Assembly (NCBI GenBank): GCA_965365345.1
Contig: CBDUBH010000003.1
Coordinates: 3,913-67,912, forward strand
From: an uncultured Melioribacteraceae bacterium
GTDB taxonomy: Bacteria; Bacteroidota; Ignavibacteria; Ignavibacteriales; SURF-24
Length of the DNA: 64,000 bases
Direction: 5' to 3'
The notes below the pieces were generated by a model. That model made no database searches. It was given only the letters and a program-made list of their open reading frames with translations, and was not told the origin of the DNA. This document shows, piece after piece, positions 9,035-19,040 of the stretch (position 1 is the first letter of the stretch; each line of letters opens with the position of its first letter). A program made the position numbers and the translations under genes.

Positions 9035-10420
9035 ATGAGTTATATTGAAAATCTGCTTACAGAAATCAGCAATATAGTTTGGGGCTATCCGCTTTTAATT
9101 TTACTTTTCGGCACTCACATTTTTTTAACATTCAGATTAAAATTTATTCAGCGTTACATCGGCAAAGCAATTAAAATTTCATTAAAGCGAGAGAAAGAAG
9201 GAACAGGCGATGTAAGTCAATTCGGCGCTTTAACAACAGCGCTTGCCGCAACAATAGGCACAGGAAATATCGTGGGAGTTTCAACCGCGATTGCTGCCGG
9301 CGGACCGGGAGCGGTTTTGTGGATGTGGCTAACGGGTGTTTTCGGAATTTCCACAAAATACGCCGAAGCGCTTTTAGCAGTTAAGTATAGAATTAAAATG
9401 GCTGATGGTACTATGGCCGGCGGTCCAATGTATGTTTTGGAACGCGGAATGAAAATGAAATGGCTTGGAATTGTTTTTGCCGCGCTCACTGCAATTTCTG
9501 CTTTCGGAATTGGAAATATGGTTCAGGCAAATTCAATTTCGCATATGGTCTTTGAAACTTTTCAAATTCCTTATTGGATCACGGGAATTATTCTTGCTGG
9601 CTTAACTGCTTTTGTAATTATCGGCGGAATAAAATCAATTGCAAAAGTTTGCGAAGCGCTCGTTCCTTTTATGGCAATCACTTATGTTTTGGGTTGCCTC
9701 ATTTTACTTGCAATCGGTCATCAAACCTTGTGGGAAAGTTTTCTTTTAATTATTGATAGCGCATTTTCAGGACATGCGGTTTTAGGCGGATTTATCGGTG
9801 CAGGATTTAAAGAGGCGATAAGATTCGGAATTGCGCGCGGTTTATTTTCAAATGAATCCGGTTTAGGAAGCGCGCCGATTGTTGCGGCAGCAGCCCAAAC
9901 TAAAAATCCTGTCAGGCAAGCACTTGTTTCTTCCACTGGAACTTTTTGGGATACAGTTGTTGTATGCGCAATTACAGGGCTTGTAATTGTAAATTCTTAT
10001 AATTGGACCGAAGGATTAAGTGGAGCAGCTTTAACAAAAACTGCATTTGAAGAAATTCCTTATATTGGTCCTGTTATTTTAAGCATCGGACTTTTAACAT
10101 TCGTATTTTCAACAATTTTGGGCTGGTCATATTACGGAGAAAAAGCCGCAGAATATTTATTCGGGAACAAGATCACAAAATATTACAGATGGCTTTGGGT
10201 AATTGCTGTTTTTTCAGGTTCACTTTTTTCTCTTAATCTTGTTTGGACTTTTTCAGATATTACAAACGGATTAATGGCAATCCCGAATTTAATTTCGTTA
10301 CTTGTATTAAGCGGAGTTATTGTTAAAGAAACAAAAGAATATTTGTGGAGCGGAAATCTGGAAAAAGAAAGTTTGGAAGAAGAGATTGAAAATCATACAA
10401 ATAATTTCAATGAAAAATAA
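9035..10420 (+). CDS. alanine/glycine:cation symporter (AGCS family)
   Basis: VSQFGALTTALAATIGTGNIVGVSTAIAAGGPGAVLWMW is the AGCS family signature; many TM helices. I prefer the ATG at 9035 to the adjacent TTG at 9032 used by the track. Confidence 0.9.
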   Translation: MSYIENLLTEISNIVWGYPLLILLFGTHIFLTFRLKFIQRYIGKAIKISLKREKEGTGDVSQFGALTTALAATIGTGNIVGVSTAIAAGGPGAVLWMWLTGVFGISTKYAEALLAVKYRIKMADGTMAGGPMYVLERGMKMKWLGIVFAALTAISAFGIGNMVQANSISHMVFETFQIPYWITGIILAGLTAFVIIGGIKSIAKVCEALVPFMAITYVLGCLILLAIGHQTLWESFLLIIDSAFSGHAVLGGFIGAGFKEAIRFGIARGLFSNESGLGSAPIVAAAAQTKNPVRQALVSSTGTFWDTVVVCAITGLVIVNSYNWTEGLSGAALTKTAFEEIPYIGPVILSIGLLTFVFSTILGWSYYGEKAAEYLFGNKITKYYRWLWVIAVFSGSLFSLNLVWTFSDITNGLMAIPNLISLLVLSGVIVKETKEYLWSGNLEKESLEEEIENHTNNFNEK

Positions 10421-10503
10421 TTCCGGAATTTTAAATTGATATGTTTTGAAATTCATTATAATTTATAATTCTATATCGATCTCAAAAATATGTTTAACAA
10501 AAA

Positions 10504-10532
10504 TGTCAGATTCCGGATAAACCTGAATGACA
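10504..10532. repeat. solo GTCA...TGACA hairpin module
   Basis: tgtcagattccggataaacctgaatgaca, same family as 43053-43090 and 54058-90. Confidence 0.5.
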
Positions 10533-10570
10533 TTTCAGAAATTTCTTAGTGGAAACGAAAAAAAACATCT

Positions 10571-11185
10571 ATGAAAAATAAATATTCAGTAATAGTTTTT
10601 GATTTGGGAAATGTTTTAATTCCTTTTGATTATACTCCAATGCTTAAAAAATTTGATGAACTTAAACCCGGTTTAGGTAATAAATTTTCTGAACTTTATA
10701 AAAACAATTATCACATTCACCGCAATTTTGAAAGCGGAAAATTAAGTAATGATGAATTCCTAAATCAAATGCTTGAATGGTGCGAAAATACTTTGGATGA
10801 ACAAACTTTCTGCAAACACTTTTCGGAGATATTCACTGAAAATAAAGCTGTTTCTTCGCTGCTGCCAAAATTAAAGCAAAAAGATTATCAATTGATTTTA
10901 CTTTCAAACACAAATGAAATTCACCGCGAGTACGGTTATAAGAATTATGATTTTTTAAATCATTTTGATAAACTTTTTCTTTCACATCAAGTTGGATTTG
11001 TAAAACCTGAGCCTGAAATTTATAAAGCAGTTCAAAGTTACACAAAGAAAAATCCGGAAGAACATATTTTTATTGATGATGTTTTAGAGTATGTTGAAGG
11101 CGCAAAATCGGTCGGCTGGGATGCAATTCATTTTCAAAATTATGATCAGCTTTTAGAAGATTTACAAACACGAAAAATCATTTAG
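10571..11185 (+). CDS. HAD-IA family hydrolase (YihX-like phosphatase)
   Basis: N-terminal VIVFDLGNVLIPFD resembles E. coli YihX (IFDLGNVIVDID). Motifs LLSNTN and FIDD are HAD motifs II-IV. Confidence 0.7.
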   Translation: MKNKYSVIVFDLGNVLIPFDYTPMLKKFDELKPGLGNKFSELYKNNYHIHRNFESGKLSNDEFLNQMLEWCENTLDEQTFCKHFSEIFTENKAVSSLLPKLKQKDYQLILLSNTNEIHREYGYKNYDFLNHFDKLFLSHQVGFVKPEPEIYKAVQSYTKKNPEEHIFIDDVLEYVEGAKSVGWDAIHFQNYDQLLEDLQTRKII

Positions 11186-11205
11186 AAAATTTTTTCAAAT
11201 ATTTT

Positions 11206-11703
11206 ATGAAAGATCAAATTCAAAATCTCACTGTTAGAAATGCAGAGGAAAAAGATATTCCTTTAATATTAAATTTCATTAAAGAAATAGCAGAATATGA
11301 AAAACTTTCAGATGCTGTAACCGCCGATGAGATCACTTTGAAAAATTCTTTATTCGGAGAAAATCCCGCAGCAAAAGTTTTACTGGCTTATCTTGATGAA
11401 TTTCCCGTCGCATTCGCGGTTTACTTTTTCAATTTTTCAACATTTGTAGGCAAGCCGGGTTTGTACTTGGAAGATGTTTTTGTTAAACCGGAATTTCGCG
11501 GAAAAGGAATTGGCAAGCAAATCTTAATTCAACTTGCAAAAATTGCAAAGGAAAATGATTGCGGCAGATTTGAATGGGCAGTTTTGGATTGGAACGAACC
11601 GGCAATAAATTTTTATAAATCGCTTGGTGCAATTCAAATGGATGAGTGGACGGTTTTTCGTTTATCGGGAAAAGCACTTGATGAACTTGCCGGTAAGATT
11701 TAA
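11206..11703 (+). CDS. GNAT family N-acetyltransferase
   Basis: Acetyl-CoA motif VKPEFRGKGIGKQIL, 165 aa, diamine/SSAT-like layout. The stop lies inside an aagatttaaagaattttagaatattag array. Confidence 0.8.
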   Translation: MKDQIQNLTVRNAEEKDIPLILNFIKEIAEYEKLSDAVTADEITLKNSLFGENPAAKVLLAYLDEFPVAFAVYFFNFSTFVGKPGLYLEDVFVKPEFRGKGIGKQILIQLAKIAKENDCGRFEWAVLDWNEPAINFYKSLGAIQMDEWTVFRLSGKALDELAGKI

Positions 11704-11949
11704 AGAATTTTAGAATATTAGCAGTTTAGTTTTATTTAAAACTAAATTTCAGGTTGAACAAAATCAAAATTTCCAAAATCTGTTGAAAAATCTTTATTCA
11801 GAATTTAAAACATAGTTACTATAGCTTCAGAACTTTCCACATCAAAAAGTCAATTTTATTTTAAGTTGAATTTTTCACATTAATTTGTCAAAAAAATTTA
11901 TAATTCTTATAATAGCATACGCTTTTTAATTAAAATAAATAGAGGATAT

Positions 11950-13284
11950 ATGAAAAAAATCATTCTTCTTTTTCTGTTTTTTTCATCGGCAATTTTAGCT
12001 CAGCAAGGCAAAATTGCTTTTGAAGAATATGATCTTGATAACGGACTTCACGTTATCCTGCATCAAAATAATTCAACCCCGATTGTGGCAATAACAGTTA
12101 CATATCACGTTGGTTCAAAAAATGAACAGCCTGATAGAACCGGATTTGCGCATTTTTTTGAACATCTTATGTTCGAAGGTACTGAAAATATTAAGCGCGG
12201 CGAGTATTTTCAAATGATTCAAAACGCCGGCGGACAGTTAAACGCTTACACTTCATTTGATCAAACAGTTTATTACGAAGTGCTTCCATCAAATCAAACT
12301 GAATTGGGCTTGTGGATGGAATCCGAAAGAATGCTTCATTCTAAAATTGATTCGATCGGTGTTGAAACTCAACGTGGCGTTGTTAAAGAAGAACGCAAGC
12401 AAAGTTTGGAAAACAGACCTTACGGTTCAATCTTGGAACAGACTTTTTCCCACGCATTTAAAGAGCATCCTTACCGCTGGACTCCAATCGGATCTGCACA
12501 ATATATTGATCAGGCAACAATTGAAGAGTTCAGAGATTTTTACAAAACTTTTTATGTTCCGAATAATGCTGTGCTTTCAATTGCGGGCGATTTTAAAATT
12601 GATGATATGAAAAAATTAGTTCAAAAATATTTTGGAGAAATTCCGAAAGGATCAAAAGAAATTTTCCGCCCGAACGTTGTTGAACCAAAGCAAACTGCCG
12701 AAATTCGTGATACGGTTTTTGATAACATCCAACTTCCTGCTGTGGTAATGTCTTATCACATTCCAGCGCAAGGTACACCTGATTATTACGCTTTGAACAT
12801 GCTTACAACTTTACTTTCAACAGGACAAAGTTCACGCTTCTATAAAGAATTAGTTGATAATCAGCAAAAAGCTTTATTTGTAGGCTCATTTCCGTTTTCG
12901 CTTGAAGATCCCGGTTTATTTTTAGTTTACTCAATTACAAATATGGGAGTTTCTCCTGATGATCTTGAAAAATCAGTTACTGATGAAATCAAAAAAGTAC
13001 AGGAAAATTTGATTAGCGAAAATGAATTTCAAAAATTAAAAAATCAAATTGAAAACAGTTTTTACGGAGATAAAACAAGCGTGCTTGGAATTGCTCAAAG
13101 TCTTGCAAACTATTATGTATTTTTTGATGGTAAAACAAATTTGATAAATACTGAATTGGAAAATTACAAAAAAGTTACCCGCGAAGATATCAAACGTGTT
13201 GCAAATGAATATTTGGTAAAAGATAACAGCACTGTGCTTTACTATCTGCCTAAATCTGCAAATCAAGTTAAGGAGGGCAAATAA
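11950..13284 (+). CDS. M16 (pitrilysin) family zinc peptidase, active subunit
   Basis: Signal peptide. Inverted zinc motif HFFEHLMFEGT (HxxEH) with a downstream E. Confidence 0.85.
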   Translation: MKKIILLFLFFSSAILAQQGKIAFEEYDLDNGLHVILHQNNSTPIVAITVTYHVGSKNEQPDRTGFAHFFEHLMFEGTENIKRGEYFQMIQNAGGQLNAYTSFDQTVYYEVLPSNQTELGLWMESERMLHSKIDSIGVETQRGVVKEERKQSLENRPYGSILEQTFSHAFKEHPYRWTPIGSAQYIDQATIEEFRDFYKTFYVPNNAVLSIAGDFKIDDMKKLVQKYFGEIPKGSKEIFRPNVVEPKQTAEIRDTVFDNIQLPAVVMSYHIPAQGTPDYYALNMLTTLLSTGQSSRFYKELVDNQQKALFVGSFPFSLEDPGLFLVYSITNMGVSPDDLEKSVTDEIKKVQENLISENEFQKLKNQIENSFYGDKTSVLGIAQSLANYYVFFDGKTNLINTELENYKKVTREDIKRVANEYLVKDNSTVLYYLPKSANQVKEGK

Positions 13285-13285
13285 T

Positions 13286-15355
13286 ATGAAAAAGTTTTTT
13301 GCAGTAATTTTATTTTTAGCTTTCGGATCAACAGTATTTGCTCAGCTTAATAGATCTACTCCTCCTCAACCCGGTCCGGCTCCAAAAATAAATTTTTCAA
13401 ATTATGAAAAATTTGAGTTGGAAAATGGATTAAAAGTTTTTGTTGTTGAAAATAATAAATTGCCTATCGTTTCATTTTCATTAATGTTGGATCGTGATCC
13501 GATTGTTGAAGGTGAAAATGCCGGATACATAAGCATGGCAGGTGATTTAATGCGAACAGGAACAAAATCTAAAACTAAGGATCAGCTTGATGAAGAAATA
13601 GATTTTATCGGTGCAACAATTTCAACTTCATCAACAGGCGTTTATGCAAGTTCATTGAAAAAACATTCCGATAAATTAGTTGAAATAATAAGCGATATAA
13701 TTTTAAACGCGGAATTCAGACAAAATGAATTGGATAAAATCAAAAAACAAACATTGTCAAATCTTCAATACGCAAAAGATGAACCGGGGGCAATTGCCGG
13801 AAGAATGACAAGCGTTTTGTATTTCGGTAAAGGTCATCCCTACGCTGAATTTGAAACTGAAGAATCAGTTGAAAATATTACTCTTGATCTTTGCAAACAA
13901 TATTATCAGGAATATTTCAAACCAAACATTGCTTATCTCGCAATAGTTGGTGATATAAATAAAAGTGAAGCTGAAAAATTAGTCAAAAAGTATTTTGAAA
14001 ATTGGCAAAAATCAGAAGTGAAAAAATTCAATTACGAAACTCCTGAATTGCCCGAAGGAAATGTTGTTGCAATTGTTGATAGACCAAATGCAGTTCAGTC
14101 AACAATCCGCGTTGGACATCCCGCACTATTGAAAATAGGAGCTCCTGATGTAATTCCATCAAACCTTGCAAATACAGTGCTTGGGGGCGGGGTTTTCAGG
14201 TTGTTTGAAAACTTGCGTGAAAAACATGCGTATACTTACGGCGCATATTCAAATTTAAGTTCAGATGAGTTGATAGGAAGTTTTACCGCTTTTGCAGATG
14301 TTAAAAATGCTGTTACCGATAGCGCAGTTTCGGAGATCATCTATGAAATGAAAAGAATTCGCGATGAAAAAATTCCGGAAAAAGAATTGCAAAAAGCAAA
14401 AAATTACACAAACGGAAATTTTGCTATTTCACTTGAAAAGCCCGAAACCATTGCAAGATTTGCGATCAATATTGAAAGATATAATCTTCCGGAAAATTAT
14501 TATTCGGATTATCTGAAAAAAGTTGCTACTGCTTCGGCTGATGAAATTCAACAGATGGCACAAAAATATATTCGTCCTGAAAATTCATATATAATCATTG
14601 TTGGAAATGCGAGTGAAGTTGCAGATAAAATGAAAAAATTCAGTGCGAATAATGAAGTAAAATTTTATGACATCTACGCAAATGAAATTGATCCTGCTGC
14701 AAATGCGGCTCCTGAAGGAGTAAATGCCGATGACATTATTAATAAATATCTTGATGCAATCGGTGGAAGAGAAAAGATCAATTCGATAAAAGATATTGCA
14801 GTTGAATCAAACGGAAGCATGCAAGGAATGACTTTCACAATGAAAATGAACCGAGTTGAGCCCGATAAATTTTATCAGGAAATTCAAATCGGCGGAATGA
14901 CTCAAAAAACAATAATGAACGGAGATAAAGCAGTTTCAATTTCACCTATGGGAAATCAACAAATTACAGGTGAAGATTTAACAAAATTAAAATATGATTC
15001 TGATGTAAATTCAACCGCACATCTTGAAAAATACGATATTAAAACTAAAGTTACAGGCAAAGAAAAAATCAATGGAAAAGATGCTTATAAAGTTGAATTG
15101 ACAATGCCTTCAGGTGAAAAGCGTTACGATTTTTACGATGTTGAAAACGGATTAAAAGTTCGTGAGGCAAAAACTATTACTTCACCCGGAGGAAGTTTTG
15201 AACAAATTACTGATCTGCTTGATTATAAAGAGTTCGGCGGTGTAAAATTTGCAACAAAAATGGTTCAAACAATGGGACCGCAAAAGTTTGAATTTGATAT
15301 CACTTCCGTAAAAATAAATAACGGAGTCAATCCTTCAATTTTTGAAATTAAATAG
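13286..15355 (+). CDS. M16 family peptidase, non-catalytic subunit with ~220-aa C-terminal extension
   Basis: M16 fold-like sequence, but HxxEH is replaced (MAGDLMRTGT). Starts 2 nt after the upstream M16 gene. The C-terminal extension (INKYLDAIGGREKINSIKD...) looks like a LolA-like beta-sheet domain, which is an inference. Confidence 0.75.
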   Translation: MKKFFAVILFLAFGSTVFAQLNRSTPPQPGPAPKINFSNYEKFELENGLKVFVVENNKLPIVSFSLMLDRDPIVEGENAGYISMAGDLMRTGTKSKTKDQLDEEIDFIGATISTSSTGVYASSLKKHSDKLVEIISDIILNAEFRQNELDKIKKQTLSNLQYAKDEPGAIAGRMTSVLYFGKGHPYAEFETEESVENITLDLCKQYYQEYFKPNIAYLAIVGDINKSEAEKLVKKYFENWQKSEVKKFNYETPELPEGNVVAIVDRPNAVQSTIRVGHPALLKIGAPDVIPSNLANTVLGGGVFRLFENLREKHAYTYGAYSNLSSDELIGSFTAFADVKNAVTDSAVSEIIYEMKRIRDEKIPEKELQKAKNYTNGNFAISLEKPETIARFAINIERYNLPENYYSDYLKKVATASADEIQQMAQKYIRPENSYIIIVGNASEVADKMKKFSANNEVKFYDIYANEIDPAANAAPEGVNADDIINKYLDAIGGREKINSIKDIAVESNGSMQGMTFTMKMNRVEPDKFYQEIQIGGMTQKTIMNGDKAVSISPMGNQQITGEDLTKLKYDSDVNSTAHLEKYDIKTKVTGKEKINGKDAYKVELTMPSGEKRYDFYDVENGLKVREAKTITSPGGSFEQITDLLDYKEFGGVKFATKMVQTMGPQKFEFDITSVKINNGVNPSIFEIK

Positions 15356-15366
15356 TTACTCAAAAG

Positions 15367-15390
15367 AAGCCGGAGAATTTTCTCCGGCTT
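15367..15390. terminator. bidirectional rho-independent terminator between convergent M16 and hisIE genes
   Basis: aagccggaga-attt-tctccggctt, 10-bp stem, flanked by A-run and T-run. Confidence 0.8.
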
Positions 15391-15402
15391 TCTTGTTTTA
15401 AA

Positions 15403-16011
15403 TTATTTTGAATGACGCTTTTCCAGATTTTTTACAATATCAGTAAATTCAATTTCCTTTTCTGCAAGCATCACAAAAAGATGGAATATCAAATCTGAGA
15501 CTTCATTTACAATTTCATTTTTGTCCTTATTTTTTGCGGCTATAACCGTTTCTATTGCTTCTTCCCCAACCTTTTGAATTATTCTGTTCTCACCGCTTTT
15601 AAATAATTTTGTAGTATAAGAATTTTCCGGCAATTCTGATTTTCTTTTTTTAATCAGATCAAAAAGATAATTCAAAAAATTAATTGAATCAGATTTATCA
15701 ATATCAAAGCATGAAATTTTCCCAGTGTGGCAAACTTCGCCTTCAGGATTTACATAAATCAAAAGTGAATCAAAATCGCAATCAATTTTGATATTAACTA
15801 ATTTTAAATAATTTCCGGAAGTCTCACCTTTCGTCCAAAGCCTGTTTTTTGTACGGCTGAAAAATGTTATAAGTTTTGTATCCAAAGTTTTATCAAGCGC
15901 TTCACGATTCATAAAGCCGAGCATTAAAACTTTTTCCGATTTATTATCAACAATAATTGCCGGAACTAGTCCGTTCAATTTTTCAAAATTTATTTTTTCA
16001 GGTTCAATCAT
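15403..16011 (-). CDS. hisIE: bifunctional phosphoribosyl-AMP cyclohydrolase / phosphoribosyl-ATP pyrophosphatase
   Basis: HisI motifs FFSRTKNRLWTKGETSGN and CHTG..SCF. C-terminal HisE helices (KVGEEAIE...EVSDLIFH). Confidence 0.9.
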   Translation of the reverse strand: MIEPEKINFEKLNGLVPAIIVDNKSEKVLMLGFMNREALDKTLDTKLITFFSRTKNRLWTKGETSGNYLKLVNIKIDCDFDSLLIYVNPEGEVCHTGKISCFDIDKSDSINFLNYLFDLIKKRKSELPENSYTTKLFKSGENRIIQKVGEEAIETVIAAKNKDKNEIVNEVSDLIFHLFVMLAEKEIEFTDIVKNLEKRHSK

Positions 16012-16064
16012 TTTAGTTTTTGGTTTTCAATTTGTTAATTTAATTTTCTCAGAAAATAAATATT

Positions 16065-16820
16065 TTATGATCTTATCTTTATTCCGTTTTCCTTTAAATA
16101 TTTTTTCAAATCTCTAATATTTAATATTTCAAAATGAAATAAACTTGCCGCTAAACATGCATCAACATTGGATATATTAAAGGCATCCAGAAAATCTTTT
16201 TCATCACCGGCACCGCCCGATGCAATTACGGGAATTGAAACATGAGATTTTAATTTTTTCAAAAACTCAATATCGTATCCTGATCTTGTACCGTCTTTAT
16301 CCATTGATGTCAAAAGAATTTCACCCGCGCCTAGTTCTTCAACTTTTTTACACCAATCAAATCCGTAAAGTTCAGTTTCTTCTCTGCCGCCTTTTACGAA
16401 TACTTTATAATTTCCATTTATAAATTTCACATCAATCGCCGCGACAATTGCCTGACTTCCGAATCTTTTAGCAGAATCTTTTATTAGATCAGGATTTTTC
16501 ACTATGGAAGAATTCAATGAAACTTTATCAGCACCTGCCCGCAATAAATTTTCAATGTCTTTCAGTTCAGAAATGCCACCGCCAACCGTAAATGGAATTT
16601 GAATTGCACAGGCAACATCTTCAACCAATGAAATAAATGTCTTTCGTTTTTCAGCAGAAGCGGTTATATCAAGAAAAACAATTTCATCAGCGCCTTCTTT
16701 TACATAACGTTCCGAAAGTTCAACTGCATCACCGGCATCAACCAGATTTACAAAATTTGTACCTTTTACAACTTTTCCGTCTTTAACATCAAGACAAGGA
16801 ATTATTCTTTTAGCAATCAA
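16065..16820 (-). CDS. hisF: imidazole glycerol phosphate synthase cyclase subunit
   Basis: KRIIPCLDVKDGKVVKG...DEIVFLDITAS...PFTVGGGI is the canonical HisF sequence. Confidence 0.95.
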   Translation of the reverse strand: MIAKRIIPCLDVKDGKVVKGTNFVNLVDAGDAVELSERYVKEGADEIVFLDITASAEKRKTFISLVEDVACAIQIPFTVGGGISELKDIENLLRAGADKVSLNSSIVKNPDLIKDSAKRFGSQAIVAAIDVKFINGNYKVFVKGGREETELYGFDWCKKVEELGAGEILLTSMDKDGTRSGYDIEFLKKLKSHVSIPVIASGGAGDEKDFLDAFNISNVDACLAASLFHFEILNIRDLKKYLKENGIKIRS

Positions 16821-17529
16821 TTTTTACAAGTTCCTTTAGATTAATTTTATTTTCGTAAATTGCCCTGCCTACAACAGCCCCGTAAATACTGGCTTCTTTT
16901 ACTTTTTTAACATCTTCAATATCTTTTATCCCGCCGGAAGCAATTAATTTTATTTTTGAATTTTGATTCATAATTCGTCTATAAAGTTCAAGATTAGTTC
17001 CGCTTAGCATTCCATCCTTTGAAATATCCGTACAAAGAAATTCTTCAATTCCCAAATTCACACAATAATCAATATGTTCAAAAAGATTTTTCCTGCTGTT
17101 TTCAGTCCAGCCTTTTACAGCAATATTTTCGTTAATTACATCGGCAGCAATTATAATTTTATCTGCGCCTGCAATGGAAATTATTTTTTCAAATTCATTT
17201 TGATTTATAATTGAAAGTGAACCGATTATAATTTTCGAAACACCTAAATCAATTAAATCTTTTGCTGTTTCATAATTTCTTATTCCGCCGCCGAATTGAA
17301 TTTCAAGACCCGTCCCGGATTTAATCTGTTTAATTACTCCTTTAATATTAATAGATCCTGTTTTTGAACCAATCAGATCAACAATGTGCAAATATTTAAA
17401 GCCATGTGAATTGAAAATTTTTGACTGTTCAATTGCTGAATCAGCATAAACTTTCACTTTGTTAAAATCACCTTTTTCAAGTCGAACGACTTTATTCTCA
17501 TAAACATCTATTGCAGGAATTACTTTCAA
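16810..17529 (-). CDS. hisA: 1-(5-phosphoribosyl)-5-[(5-phosphoribosylamino)methylideneamino]imidazole-4-carboxamide isomerase
   Basis: VIPAIDVYENKVVRLEKGDF...LHIVDL...IQFGGGIR is the canonical HisA sequence. Overlaps hisF by 11 nt. Confidence 0.9.
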   Translation of the reverse strand: MKVIPAIDVYENKVVRLEKGDFNKVKVYADSAIEQSKIFNSHGFKYLHIVDLIGSKTGSINIKGVIKQIKSGTGLEIQFGGGIRNYETAKDLIDLGVSKIIIGSLSIINQNEFEKIISIAGADKIIIAADVINENIAVKGWTENSRKNLFEHIDYCVNLGIEEFLCTDISKDGMLSGTNLELYRRIMNQNSKIKLIASGGIKDIEDVKKVKEASIYGAVVGRAIYENKINLKELVKIDC

Positions 17530-17553
17530 ATTTTTTCCTTTATATTTAATGAA

Positions 17554-18138
17554 TCATAATTCAGTAAAATTTTGTAATAATTTTAATCCGGCCTCGCCGC
17601 TTTTTTCAGGGTGAAACTGTACTCCGTAAAAATTCTCTTTTTCAATTGAAGCTGAAAAATCAACTTCATGATTTGCTGATGATGTTGTAAATTCATTAAC
17701 CGGTAAGTAAAACGAATTTGCGAAATAAAAATACTCGCCGGAATTTATTCCGTTAAACAAATTACTTTGTTTTATAATTTTTATTTCGTTCCAGCCCATA
17801 TGCGGAACTGTAACTTTCGACTGATCAAATTTTTCAGCAGTCCCTGAAATTAATCCAAGACAGGCAACATTTCCTTCTTTTGAAAATTCTGCAAGTAGCT
17901 GCATTCCAAGACAAATTCCTAACAACGGCTTTTTCACTAAGCGTAAAACATTTATTAAGTTATTTTTGTGCAATTGCCTTATTGCAAAAGATGCTTCGCC
18001 GACTCCGGGAAAAATTATTTTATCAGATTTTAAAATTTCAGTTTCCTGATTTGTAATTAAAAATTTTTTTTCCAAACGGTTTAATGCATTTGCAACAGAT
18101 GCTGTATTTCCTGCGCCGTATTCAATAATTGCTATCAT
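17554..18138 (-). CDS. hisH: imidazole glycerol phosphate synthase glutaminase subunit
   Basis: Class I amidotransferase: GICLGMQLL (Cys nucleophile) and GVQFHPEKS. Confidence 0.95.
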   Translation of the reverse strand: MIAIIEYGAGNTASVANALNRLEKKFLITNQETEILKSDKIIFPGVGEASFAIRQLHKNNLINVLRLVKKPLLGICLGMQLLAEFSKEGNVACLGLISGTAEKFDQSKVTVPHMGWNEIKIIKQSNLFNGINSGEYFYFANSFYLPVNEFTTSSANHEVDFSASIEKENFYGVQFHPEKSGEAGLKLLQNFTEL

Positions 18139-19040
18139 AATTTTTCCTTTGTGGAAGGTATTCTTCCCATAGTTCTTTCATCAAATCTGCACGCTTCATT
18201 TAACGATTTTGCAAATGCTTTGAATAAAGATTCAAGTTTGTGATGATCATTTCTTCCTTTAGATCTTAAATAAATATTTGCTTTCATTCCTGAAGCAAGA
18301 CCGCGAAAAAAATCTTCTGCAAGTTCTGTTGGAAAATCACCGACCTTTTCTCTTTTAAAATCACATTTAAAATTCAGAAAAGCTCTGCCGCTTAAATCAA
18401 TGGCGCATTTAGCAATTGTTTCATCCATTGGAAGAAAAAAACTATATCTTTTAATTCCTCGTTTTTCTCCCAAAGCCTCATTTAATGCGGTGCCCAGCGT
18501 AATTCCAACATCTTCAACTGTATGATGTTCATCAACAAAAAGATCACCTTTTACATTAATTTCCAGATCAATATTTCCATGCTTAGCAATTTGTTCCAAC
18601 ATGTGATCAAAAAATCCAACACCCGTAAATATTGATGATTCTCCTTTTCCATCAATATTTACATATACGCTTATATCGGTTTCTTTCGTTTTTCTAACAT
18701 GCTTTGAAATTCTATCATTTAATTTAAGCAAAAAATTTACGGCACTTTCAAATGATGAAAATTCTTTTTCATCATCTAAAATTATGCTGCCTTTTCTTCC
18801 TTTTTTCTTTTTTTGCACAGATAATTTATGATAAACTTCATATTCATTTTCCACTTTAACATTGATCTCAACTTTTTCCAATGCAAGAATATTTTGGATT
18901 ACCGGGTCAACATTTTTTTCGTAATTACTAATTTCAATCGCAAAATTATTTTCGCAAAGCATTTTAAATCCGCTTATCAATCCGTCTGAAAGCGGTGAGC
19001 TCAAATTAAATAATTCTTTTGTTATCTTAATTTTCTTCAT
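18135..19040 (-). CDS. hisB: imidazoleglycerol-phosphate dehydratase with ~109-aa N-terminal extension of unclear function
   Basis: The C-terminal ~190 aa are canonical IGPD (TKETDISV...GVGFFDHMLEQIAKHG...DEHHTVEDVGI...NDHHKLESLFKAF). The N-terminal 109 aa lack the DxDGT phosphatase motif. Confidence 0.9.
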   Translation of the reverse strand: MKKIKITKELFNLSSPLSDGLISGFKMLCENNFAIEISNYEKNVDPVIQNILALEKVEINVKVENEYEVYHKLSVQKKKKGRKGSIILDDEKEFSSFESAVNFLLKLNDRISKHVRKTKETDISVYVNIDGKGESSIFTGVGFFDHMLEQIAKHGNIDLEINVKGDLFVDEHHTVEDVGITLGTALNEALGEKRGIKRYSFFLPMDETIAKCAIDLSGRAFLNFKCDFKREKVGDFPTELAEDFFRGLASGMKANIYLRSKGRNDHHKLESLFKAFAKSLNEACRFDERTMGRIPSTKEKL

